From: a virus
Taxonomy: Duplodnaviria; Caudoviricetes
DNA length: 25,185 bases
Direction: 5' to 3' (one strand)
Virus record (IMG/VR): IMGVR_UViG_3300025779_000012
Span: 1-25,185 of that record
How positions within the stretch are numbered: position 1 is the stretch's first letter; each line of letters starts with the position of its first letter. Positions 1-6,925 of the stretch are shown here, in pieces. The position numbers and the translations under genes were made by a program. The notes beneath the pieces are model-generated. The model was not told where the DNA came from and did not search any database. It was given only the letters and a program-made list of their open reading frames with translations.

Positions 1-1
1 G

Positions 2-889
2 CATCAATGGGATTCAACTAAATCTGTAGTTGATAATTTTCATGATGATCTAAAATCTGAAAAAATAATTGAATCTTTAACTAAAGTAGGATTTTCTAGT
101 CCTTTAAATTGGTTAAAACCTTATCATTTGCTATCAAATGGTCAAAAAATGCGAGTGGATTTAGCTAGATTGTTGTTAGAAAATACAGAAACTGTAATTT
201 TTGATGAATTTACAAGTGTTGTAGATAGAGATGTAGCGAAAGTAACATCTTTAGCTGTAAGTGAATTTATTAGAAAGAATAATTACAAGTTTATAGCTGT
301 TTCATGTCATTCAGATATTAAAGAATGGTTACAACCTGACTGGATATTTGATACAAATTCAAAAATATTTTCAAGGGGGTTACTTTGGCAACGACCAAAA
401 CTTGAATTTAAACTCCGAGAAGCTACAGTTGCTGAATGGAAGATATTTTCAAACTATCATTATTTAACGCATGATATACAAGCTGGTAGTGATTGCTTTG
501 CATTAGATTATCAAGGATATCCTATAGGGTTTGTAGCTGTTAATCACTTTCCGCATCCGAAAGTAGCAAACTTTAAAAAAATTCATAGAATGGTTGTATT
601 ACCTGACTTTCAAGGTATTGGAATTGGTAAAAAATTGTTAAATGAGATTGCTGAAATTTACTATAAAGATAATTACAGAGTATTAATTACTACTGGTGCT
701 TTAAGTTTTATTAAAAGTCTTGATAGAGAGCAACATTGGAAAATGACAAGAAAACTTGGTAAAGTTGGTGAAAGTAATGGTGTTATGAAGGGCAAAACAT
801 CAATGAATAGAGAAACTGCAAGTTTTGAGTATAAAGATTGTAATACTAAAACTATGAGTGATTTTATTTTAACTTACGATTTATTTTAA
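2..889 (+). CDS. ABC-type ATPase fused to a GNAT/Mom-like acetyltransferase domain (5'-truncated)
   Basis: The frame is open from nt 2 (HQWDSTKSVVDNF...), so the start lies upstream of the window. ABC signature LSNGQKMR, Walker B/D-loop IFDEFTSVVD, H-loop AVSCH. C-terminal W..F..YHYL and acetyl-CoA motif RMVVLPDFQGIGIGKKLL. Confidence 0.85.
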   Translation, partial: HQWDSTKSVVDNFHDDLKSEKIIESLTKVGFSSPLNWLKPYHLLSNGQKMRVDLARLLLENTETVIFDEFTSVVDRDVAKVTSLAVSEFIRKNNYKFIAVSCHSDIKEWLQPDWIFDTNSKIFSRGLLWQRPKLEFKLREATVAEWKIFSNYHYLTHDIQAGSDCFALDYQGYPIGFVAVNHFPHPKVANFKKIHRMVVLPDFQGIGIGKKLLNEIAEIYYKDNYRVLITTGALSFIKSLDREQHWKMTRKLGKVGESNGVMKGKTSMNRETASFEYKDCNTKTMSDFILTYDLF

Positions 890-900
890 GGATAAAGATT

Positions 901-1656
901 ATGGATTGGTTCAGACATGATTCAAACGCAAATCTTGATGAAAAATTACAAGAGGTTCTATTAGATTATGGTCTTGAGGGTTATGGATTATATTGGTATT
1001 GCATAGAATTGATTGTAGGTAAAACTTCTGCCGATAATTTAACTTTTGAAGTAAAGCATGATGCACGAATAATAGCTCGTAATACTGGTTCAACACCTCA
1101 AAAAGTAGAAGAGATGATGAAACGATTTGTATCATTAGGACTATTTGAAAATAGTGAAGGAAAAATTACTTGCATGAAAGTAGCAAAAAGATTGCAAAGT
1201 TCTGCAACAAGTAACCCAAAAATGCGTGGTTTAATACAAAACATCAAACTAAATCATGATGCCGTCATGACGAAATCAAATAACGTCATGCAAGAAGAGA
1301 AGAGAATAGAAGAGAATAGAATAGAAGAGAAGACAAACATACAGCAAAAAGTATCAGCAGTTTGTGTTTCTTTAAAAATGTTTAACATTACTGGCATTAA
1401 TCCAAGTAATCCTACTTTTTTAAAACTATTAGAAGCTGGGGCTACTAATGAAGAGTTTTGTAATTGCGCTAAAGAGGCAAAAGTTAAAAAGTTTAATTAC
1501 TTATTGCAAATGATTGTGAATATGCGTGATGAGGCTAGTAGTTTAAATATTAAGAAAGGGGCATCAGTTAAGAAAATGAAAGGTCTTGGATTTATATCTG
1601 ATGAAGAATTTAACGAATGGTTAGAGCCTAAACAGGGAGTAATTTCAAATGGATGA
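901..1656 (+). CDS. Phage replication initiator (Lin1244/DUF4373-like N-terminus, lambda O analogue)
   Basis: N-terminal WFRHDSNA..DEKL...YGLEGYGLYW helical/wHTH-type domain, EEKRIEENRIEEK linker typical of phage initiators, followed by an overlapping loader-like gene. Confidence 0.75.
   Translation: MDWFRHDSNANLDEKLQEVLLDYGLEGYGLYWYCIELIVGKTSADNLTFEVKHDARIIARNTGSTPQKVEEMMKRFVSLGLFENSEGKITCMKVAKRLQSSATSNPKMRGLIQNIKLNHDAVMTKSNNVMQEEKRIEENRIEEKTNIQQKVSAVCVSLKMFNITGINPSNPTFLKLLEAGATNEEFCNCAKEAKVKKFNYLLQMIVNMRDEASSLNIKKGASVKKMKGLGFISDEEFNEWLEPKQGVISNG
1253..1333. repeat. Probable replication origin: TCATG-core repeats plus purine-rich AGAAG/AGAAT tandem array
   Basis: ATCATGAT (1253-1260), perfect palindrome CGTCATGACG (1263-1272), CGTCATG (1284-1290), then aagaagagaagagaatagaagagaatagaatagaagagaaga (about 1292-1333), in the middle of the initiator gene as for lambdoid origins. 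Confidence 0.5.
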
Positions 1657-2068
1657 TTCAAACAAAAAACAGTTTTGGGGTATGTTGAATGTAACAATGG
1701 AATTAACTAACAAACCACCATTAACAAAAGAAACAATATTAGCCTGGTGGACTATGTTATCTAATTATGAATTTGAAGTTGTTAAGAAGGCACTTAATCA
1801 ATGGGTTGATAGTTCAAGTAAACCACCAACTCCACATGACATTAAAGAACTATGCTCACATAAGGTTACGATATTTGCTAAAATACCTTCACCATTAGCT
1901 ATACAGGATAATAAACGTCATGCTGATAACGTGGTTAAGTTTGTTGCTGATCGCTTAATATCTAAGACTGACTATAAAGCATGGGCTAAAAGGATATTAG
2001 CTAATCCTAATCAATTCCCTGATAAAAGTGTTCAATATGCTAAAGAAGCATTAAATGAACTGGGTTAA
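1649..2068 (+). CDS. Putative helicase loader/inhibitor (lambda P / G39P-like)
   Basis: Overlaps the initiator stop; W..L..Y.F..V..AL..W...S.KPPTP.DI pattern typical of phage loader proteins in this position. Confidence 0.6.
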   Translation: MDDSNKKQFWGMLNVTMELTNKPPLTKETILAWWTMLSNYEFEVVKKALNQWVDSSSKPPTPHDIKELCSHKVTIFAKIPSPLAIQDNKRHADNVVKFVADRLISKTDYKAWAKRILANPNQFPDKSVQYAKEALNELG

Positions 2069-2231
2069 ACTAGATAACTATTGTATTAAGTGTAAAGACT
2101 TCTTAATAGCTAAATACATAACTCCTAATGGTGAGAAGTTTGGATTAAGCCACCATAACAAGAATTATGGTTACTTTGACACAGCACTTAAAGCTAAAGC
2201 AAAAGCATTAGAAATTAATAATGCTAAATAA
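2055..2231 (+). CDS. Small hypothetical protein (58 aa), absent from the ORF track
   Basis: ATG 2055 to TAA 2231: MNWVKLDNYCIKCKDFLIAKYITPNGEKFGLSHHNKNYGYFDTALKAKAKALEINNAK. Fills the gap and overlaps both neighbours. Confidence 0.65.
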   Translation: MNWVKLDNYCIKCKDFLIAKYITPNGEKFGLSHHNKNYGYFDTALKAKAKALEINNAK

Positions 2232-2649
2232 ACAGTTTAATACTGAACTTCATGAGCATTATGATGAAATAGGTAGATTAAGAGCTTATAAGTTATTTAA
2301 ACAACTCTATGGGATTGAGTTAATAGATAATCCTAATGACTACGCAGTTGATCTAATAGCTATGAGAAATAATGTTAAGGTCGGTTATGTTGAAGTAGAA
2401 GTCAGACCAGCTTGGGATGGTGTATTTACATTTAATACTTTACATATCCCTAGTAGAAAGAAGAAACTACTGACTAATGACTTACCTACAGTTCTATTAG
2501 CTTTTAACAAACAAGGTTCATTTTGTTTTATATGTAAAGACACAGTAGTTCTAGCTTCACCATTGATAGAGGTACAGAATAAATACATACCTAATGGTGA
2601 GTTTTTTTATAAAGTACCTGTGGATAAAATAAGGCTAATCACATTATGA
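2221..2649 (+). CDS. Putative PD-(D/E)XK-fold nuclease-like protein
   Basis: YAVDLIA...GYVEVEVR resembles the restriction-endonuclease-like catalytic core (D...ExE variant). Confidence 0.5.
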   Translation: MLNKQFNTELHEHYDEIGRLRAYKLFKQLYGIELIDNPNDYAVDLIAMRNNVKVGYVEVEVRPAWDGVFTFNTLHIPSRKKKLLTNDLPTVLLAFNKQGSFCFICKDTVVLASPLIEVQNKYIPNGEFFYKVPVDKIRLITL

Positions 2650-3008
2650 TAAATAACTTTTACTTAAGCCCTGCTAACTTACCTAATTTAATTAAAAAGT
2701 TAAGTGAGCTAGACCTTTCATTGGGTTATGTAGTGTCTGCCAAGCTAAGAAAGATAACTCGTACTGGCTTACAGAATGACTTTTACTGGAAGTTTGTAGA
2801 TGAGTTTGGTAAACACTTTGGCTACGACAAAGACTTCACTCACGATCTTCTAAGGTTTAAATATTTATATAAGATTGTAGACTTTGATGGTGTAGAGGCT
2901 AAACAATTACTTTCTACAACTAAATTATCTACAAAACAAATGGGTGAGTACCTTGATAACTGTATGCGTTACGCAGCCGAGAATGGGTTTTATTTTGATG
3001 ATAACTAA
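2646..3008 (+). CDS. ninB: NinB/Orf-family recombination mediator
   Basis: RTGLQNDFYW and STTKLSTKQMGEYLDNCMRYAAENG match the NinB pattern; adjacent to NinG. Confidence 0.7.
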   Translation: MINNFYLSPANLPNLIKKLSELDLSLGYVVSAKLRKITRTGLQNDFYWKFVDEFGKHFGYDKDFTHDLLRFKYLYKIVDFDGVEAKQLLSTTKLSTKQMGEYLDNCMRYAAENGFYFDDN

Positions 3009-3546
3009 ACCTATAAAAACTAAATTATGTCGTGTATGTCGTGTAAAATACACACCGAGTAGACCGCTTCAATCAGTTTGCTCTGCTGAATGTGCTTATA
3101 AGTACTCCAAAACGATCAGGGTGAAGGCAGAACGCAAGGAAACTAAAGAGCTGAAGGTCAAGCTCAAGACAAAAGCCGAGTGGCTTAAAGAAGCTCAGGC
3201 GATATTTAACCAATATATACGATTAAGAGATAAAGATGCCCCATGTATTTCATGCCAGCGACATCATACAGGTCAGTACCACAGTGGGCATTACAAAACC
3301 ACAGGTTCACACCCAGAGTTACGGTTTAACGAATTTAACGTACATAAACAATGCGCTCCTTGCAACAATCATCTCTCAGGCAACATCATCAACTACAGGA
3401 TCAATTTGGTTAAAAAGATTGGACTTGATGAAGTAGAATGGTTAGAAAGTAATCACACACCTAAAAAATATACTATTGACGATATAAAAGCATTAAAAGT
3501 ATTATATAAGCAGAAAATTAAAGCACTTGACACAAAAAATAGTTAA
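2998..3546 (+). CDS. ninG: NinG/Rap-family recombination endonuclease
   Basis: CRVC...LQSVCSAEC zinc motif, AQAIFNQYIRLRD..PCISC, GHY.T.G..PELRFNEFNVHKQCAPCNNHLSGNI, VEWLE. Start reassigned to ATG 2998, overlapping the ninB end. Confidence 0.92.
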   Translation: MITKPIKTKLCRVCRVKYTPSRPLQSVCSAECAYKYSKTIRVKAERKETKELKVKLKTKAEWLKEAQAIFNQYIRLRDKDAPCISCQRHHTGQYHSGHYKTTGSHPELRFNEFNVHKQCAPCNNHLSGNIINYRINLVKKIGLDEVEWLESNHTPKKYTIDDIKALKVLYKQKIKALDTKNS

Positions 3547-3554
3547 ACTACAAT
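3527..3554 (+). promoter_or_regulatory. Sigma70-type promoter upstream of the morphogenesis operon
   Basis: TTGACA (3527-3532), 16-bp spacer, TACAAT (3549-3554); AAGGA RBS ahead of ATG 3600. Confidence 0.6.
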
Positions 3555-3599
3555 CTAAGAACTGCATTTTGCAGACTTTTTAGCTAAAAGGATTTTAAG

Positions 3600-3821
3600 A
3601 TGGCAAACCCAAACAGTACTGCTGGTATTCCAGCAAAAGGCGTAGTAGTTCCTAAAGGTGCAAGCAAGGCAGACATGTCAGGCGAGCGTAAAGGTAAAAT
3701 TGTTGGTGGCGTAGCAGAAGGCAAAGAAGATAATATCGGTGCTGACAAACAGTTCAATACAGGTAAAACAGAAGGCACTTGTTATAACCATTCACGTTCT
3801 GCTTACGGCAAAGACTTTTAA
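3600..3821 (+). CDS. Hypothetical small Gly/Lys-rich protein
   Basis: RBS aaaggatt, first gene after the promoter, codon pattern like the structural genes. Confidence 0.7.
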   Translation: MANPNSTAGIPAKGVVVPKGASKADMSGERKGKIVGGVAEGKEDNIGADKQFNTGKTEGTCYNHSRSAYGKDF

Positions 3822-3891
3822 TTAAAACGAGAACACTACAAGGCTTAAACTTGTAGGCTCTCTAACCACTACATTTAATCGGAGAAAACGA

Positions 3892-4128
3892 GTGGCTGAA
3901 CCGAATCATACAAACAACTGCAATTCTTGTAAATTTTTTTCTTTTGGGGATCAAATGGGCAGTTGTAAACGCTATCCTGAAACTAAGAATAAATCACCTA
4001 ACGACTGGTGCGGTGAGTATGTGCTTAAAAACATCATGTACGAATCAATCATTAACCAATTAGTAGTTAATTTTGGTGAAACTGAGCCAACACCTAAGAA
4101 GCGTGGAAGGCCTGCCAAATGCAAATAA
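3892..4128 (+). CDS. Small Cys4 metal-binding protein with C-terminal AT-hook-like motif
   Basis: CNSCKFF...GSCKRYP...DWCGEY; C-terminal KKRGRPAK; GGAG RBS at 3881 with GTG start. Confidence 0.65.
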   Translation: MAEPNHTNNCNSCKFFSFGDQMGSCKRYPETKNKSPNDWCGEYVLKNIMYESIINQLVVNFGETEPTPKKRGRPAKCK

Positions 4129-4421
4129 AACCGCTTGCGGATAAAATAGTGGTCAAACCTGATATACGAGAACTATCAAGCGTTATCTTTGTTGATAACA
4201 AAGAAGTAGAAAACATGGGTGAAGTTGTAGCAGTAGGACCAGGTAAGAAACTTCCTAATGGTCGTAGAGAAGCTATGCCTATTGAAATTGGTGCAAGAAT
4301 CAGATTTGGCACTATGAATGATGATAAGTCGGAAGAATATTTAAAATATTTTCCATATGAAGAAGATGGAGTTAAATTTATTGTGATGAGCTGGCAGGAC
4401 GTGTGCTGGATTGATGAATAA
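4119..4421 (+). CDS. groES: Phage-encoded co-chaperonin GroES (Cpn10)
   Basis: IKPLADKIVVKP, GEVVAVGPGK...G...I.IG.RI.F, and C-terminal IVMSWQDVCWI; 100 aa. Confidence 0.9.
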   Translation: MQIKPLADKIVVKPDIRELSSVIFVDNKEVENMGEVVAVGPGKKLPNGRREAMPIEIGARIRFGTMNDDKSEEYLKYFPYEEDGVKFIVMSWQDVCWIDE

Positions 4422-4951
4422 TGTTTTATATTTACTCACATCTTAGAAGCGATACTAAAGAACCTTTTTATATTGGTAAAGGTAATGGTAAGCGTGCTTT
4501 TGCAATTATTAACAGAAATAAGTTATGGCATGAAATAGTAAAAGATGCTGGTGGATTTATTGTTAATTTTTTAGTTAAAAATATTGATGAAGAATTAGCA
4601 TTACTTTCAGAAAGAGAAGTTATTGATTCCTATAGAAAGCGTGGTGTTAATTTAGTTAATTTAACTTCAGGTGGTCAAGGTGTAAGTGGGTTAAAACATT
4701 CTGATGAAACTAAATTAAAATTTTCTAAAATACATAAAGGTAAAATAATTACTGAAGAAGTAAGAAAGAAAATATCTAATAGTATGAAAGGCATTAATGT
4801 AGGTAGACCTATTTCCGAACAACAGAAATGTAAAATATCTGCTACGCTATTAGGTAGAAAAATACCAGAAGCAACTAAATTAAAAATGGCAGAAGCGCAA
4901 AAAGTAAGACGTATTAAAGAATCTGTTTTATTAACGAATAGGAGTTTATGA
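4421..4951 (+). CDS. Free-standing GIY-YIG homing endonuclease with NUMOD3-type repeats
   Basis: FYIYSH...PFYIGKG...RA, conserved E and N (LVNLTSGG); repeats [40 protein letters not shown]; more AT-rich than the structural genes. Confidence 0.85.
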   Translation: MFYIYSHLRSDTKEPFYIGKGNGKRAFAIINRNKLWHEIVKDAGGFIVNFLVKNIDEELALLSEREVIDSYRKRGVNLVNLTSGGQGVSGLKHSDETKLKFSKIHKGKIITEEVRKKISNSMKGINVGRPISEQQKCKISATLLGRKIPEATKLKMAEAQKVRRIKESVLLTNRSL

Positions 4952-5091
4952 TGCCTTTAAAGAAATCTAAAAGCGATAAAGCGTTCAAATCCAACATTAA
5001 GACTGAAATAGCAGCAGGCAAACCACCTAAGCAGGCAGTTGCAATTGCATATTCAGTAAAGAAAGAATCATCAAAGAAAGGTAAAAAATAA
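4951..5091 (+). CDS. Small basic phage protein (DUF6496-like, 46 aa), absent from the ORF track
   Basis: AGGAG RBS at 4940; [46 protein letters not shown]; TAA overlaps the next ATG. Alternative start at ATG 4948. Confidence 0.8.
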   Translation: MPLKKSKSDKAFKSNIKTEIAAGKPPKQAVAIAYSVKKESSKKGKK

Positions 5092-5285
5092 TGGCTATTA
5101 AACTAGAACTAGAAATTGCAGAAGTAGAACAAATCTTAAAACACTTAGCAACTGGTGCTTATGCTGAAGTAGCACAACTGATCGCTAAGTTACATGGGCA
5201 AGCATTACCTCAAGCACAAGCTCAACAACCTGTAGCTGATGCTACGGCTAATGCAGTAATAGAAGCTGAACCAGTAGATGAATAA
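5091..5285 (+). CDS. Hypothetical protein
   Basis: Translationally coupled (TAATG) to the upstream ORF; predicted helical. Confidence 0.7.
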   Translation: MAIKLELEIAEVEQILKHLATGAYAEVAQLIAKLHGQALPQAQAQQPVADATANAVIEAEPVDE

Positions 5286-5300
5286 GTAAAACTTATCAAT

Positions 5301-5648
5301 ATGTCAGATACGATACAAAACGATAATACAAACAAAGAGTTAAAAGTTGAATTAACTATTGACAAAGGTGGTGCGCCTGTTGGTAATGAAAATGCAAGAA
5401 AAGGCAGACTATTCTATGACCAGTTACGCAAGGTGCTTATTCAAGATGATGCGTTAAAGCTAAGACAGATTGCATTAAGATTAGTTGAAGCAGCAGAAGA
5501 TGGCGAAGCATGGGCAGTAAGAGAAGTGATTGATCGTATAGACGGCAAAGCTATTCAAGCTACTGAGATTAGTGGTCCAGAAGGTGCAGAGCTTGTTAAA
5601 GGTATTGGTATAGTATTTGTGACACCAGATGAAAACAGAGAGGGATAA
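5301..5648 (+). CDS. terS: Terminase small subunit (probable)
   Basis: GGAPVGNENARKG N-terminal motif, helical core, EISGPEG near the C-terminus; overlaps terL. Confidence 0.7.
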   Translation: MSDTIQNDNTNKELKVELTIDKGGAPVGNENARKGRLFYDQLRKVLIQDDALKLRQIALRLVEAAEDGEAWAVREVIDRIDGKAIQATEISGPEGAELVKGIGIVFVTPDENREG

Positions 5649-6915
5649 TAACGGTTTTGTTTGGCCCCAGTTTCCAGCCAAACTTAAATGTTTGTTTGAA
5701 CCTAAGAAAAGTCGCTATCGTGTATTATATGGTGGTCGTGGTGCAGGTAAATCTCATTCAGTAGCTCGTGCATTGTTATGTATGGGTATTAAAGACACAT
5801 TACGCATATTGTGTTGTCGTGAGTTTATGACCTCAATGAAAGATTCTGTACACAAGCTATTAGTAGATCAAATCTATGATATGGGCATTGAGGCTCATTA
5901 CGAGATAACACAATCATCTATACGTGGTTTAAATGGTACTGAGTTTATCTTTGCAGGTATCAAGAACAATATTAACGGCCTTAAATCCATAGAGGGTATA
6001 GATTATTGTTGGGTAGAGGAAGCAAACAACGTAACTCAAACCTCTTTTGATGTGCTTATACCTACAATCCGTAAAAATGATAGCGAGATATGGATAACAT
6101 TTAACCCTGAGTTACCCTCTGACTATACATACAAACGCTTTGTCATTGACCCACCTACTAATGCTGTAGTGCAGAAAGTTAATTGGAATGACAATCCTTG
6201 GTTCCCCGAAGTATTAGACTTAGAAAGACAATCATTACGCACTAGAGATTTTGAAGCGTATCAAAACGTGTGGGAAGGCTACACACGATCAACCATTGAT
6301 GGTGCTATCTTTGCTAAAGAGATGCAACGTGCTGAACAAGATAATCGTATATGTAATGTACCTTATGATGCAGTCAAGCCTGTTATCGCTGTGTTTGATA
6401 TAGGTTGGGCTGATGCTACTGCTGTATGGTTTGTACAGTTTATAGGTATGGAAACTAGACTAATACGTTATTACGAAACTAATCAGACTACAATTAGCGA
6501 GATATTAGCTAAGATGCAAACTTTTGGTTATGTTTACGATACGTTATACTTACCGCATGATGCTCAAAATCGTACTATTTCATCTAATGGCCGCAGCTTA
6601 GAAGAAATTGTTAGAGCTAGTGGATATAATGTTAGAATTATTGAACGTACACCTATTAGCGATTCTATCAATGCAGCTAGAACGATATTTAGCTCATGCT
6701 ACTTTGATAAAACACATACAACTGCTGGCTTAGACTGCTTGCGCCATTACAGATATGACACAAATGCAGAAACAGGTGCTTTCAGTAAAAGCCCATTACA
6801 CGACCAATACAGCCACGGGGCTGACGCTTTTCGGTATATTGGTTTGATGATACAAGAGAAGAAAGTTGTCAAGCGTACACAAGTGAATTATGATATAAGC
6901 AGTTGGATGTCCTAA
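5629..6915 (+). CDS. terL: Terminase large subunit (PBSX/Terminase_3-like)
   Basis: Walker A YGGRGAGKS, Walker B CWVEEA, ITFNP, nuclease motifs VFDIG and SHGADAFRY. Confidence 0.95.
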   Translation: MKTERDNNGFVWPQFPAKLKCLFEPKKSRYRVLYGGRGAGKSHSVARALLCMGIKDTLRILCCREFMTSMKDSVHKLLVDQIYDMGIEAHYEITQSSIRGLNGTEFIFAGIKNNINGLKSIEGIDYCWVEEANNVTQTSFDVLIPTIRKNDSEIWITFNPELPSDYTYKRFVIDPPTNAVVQKVNWNDNPWFPEVLDLERQSLRTRDFEAYQNVWEGYTRSTIDGAIFAKEMQRAEQDNRICNVPYDAVKPVIAVFDIGWADATAVWFVQFIGMETRLIRYYETNQTTISEILAKMQTFGYVYDTLYLPHDAQNRTISSNGRSLEEIVRASGYNVRIIERTPISDSINAARTIFSSCYFDKTHTTAGLDCLRHYRYDTNAETGAFSKSPLHDQYSHGADAFRYIGLMIQEKKVVKRTQVNYDISSWMS

Positions 6916-6925
6916 AAGGGTTTAT

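Noticed and set aside
128-130. TTG start given for the first ORF
   Set aside because: The frame is open to the window edge and the Walker A motif is missing, so the real start is upstream.
1292-1333. Purine repeat as a CRISPR array or phase-variable microsatellite
   Set aside because: Short degenerate 5-mers without spacers, in frame within a linker common to phage initiators.
2944-2997. Extended N-terminus of NinG (likewise track starts 17185 and 17815)
   Set aside because: Long overlaps with upstream genes; ATGs at 2998, 17236 and 17848 give normal gene packing.
4421-4951. Group I intron around the GIY-YIG ORF
   Set aside because: Both flanking genes are intact and directly coupled; there is no room for intron core structure.
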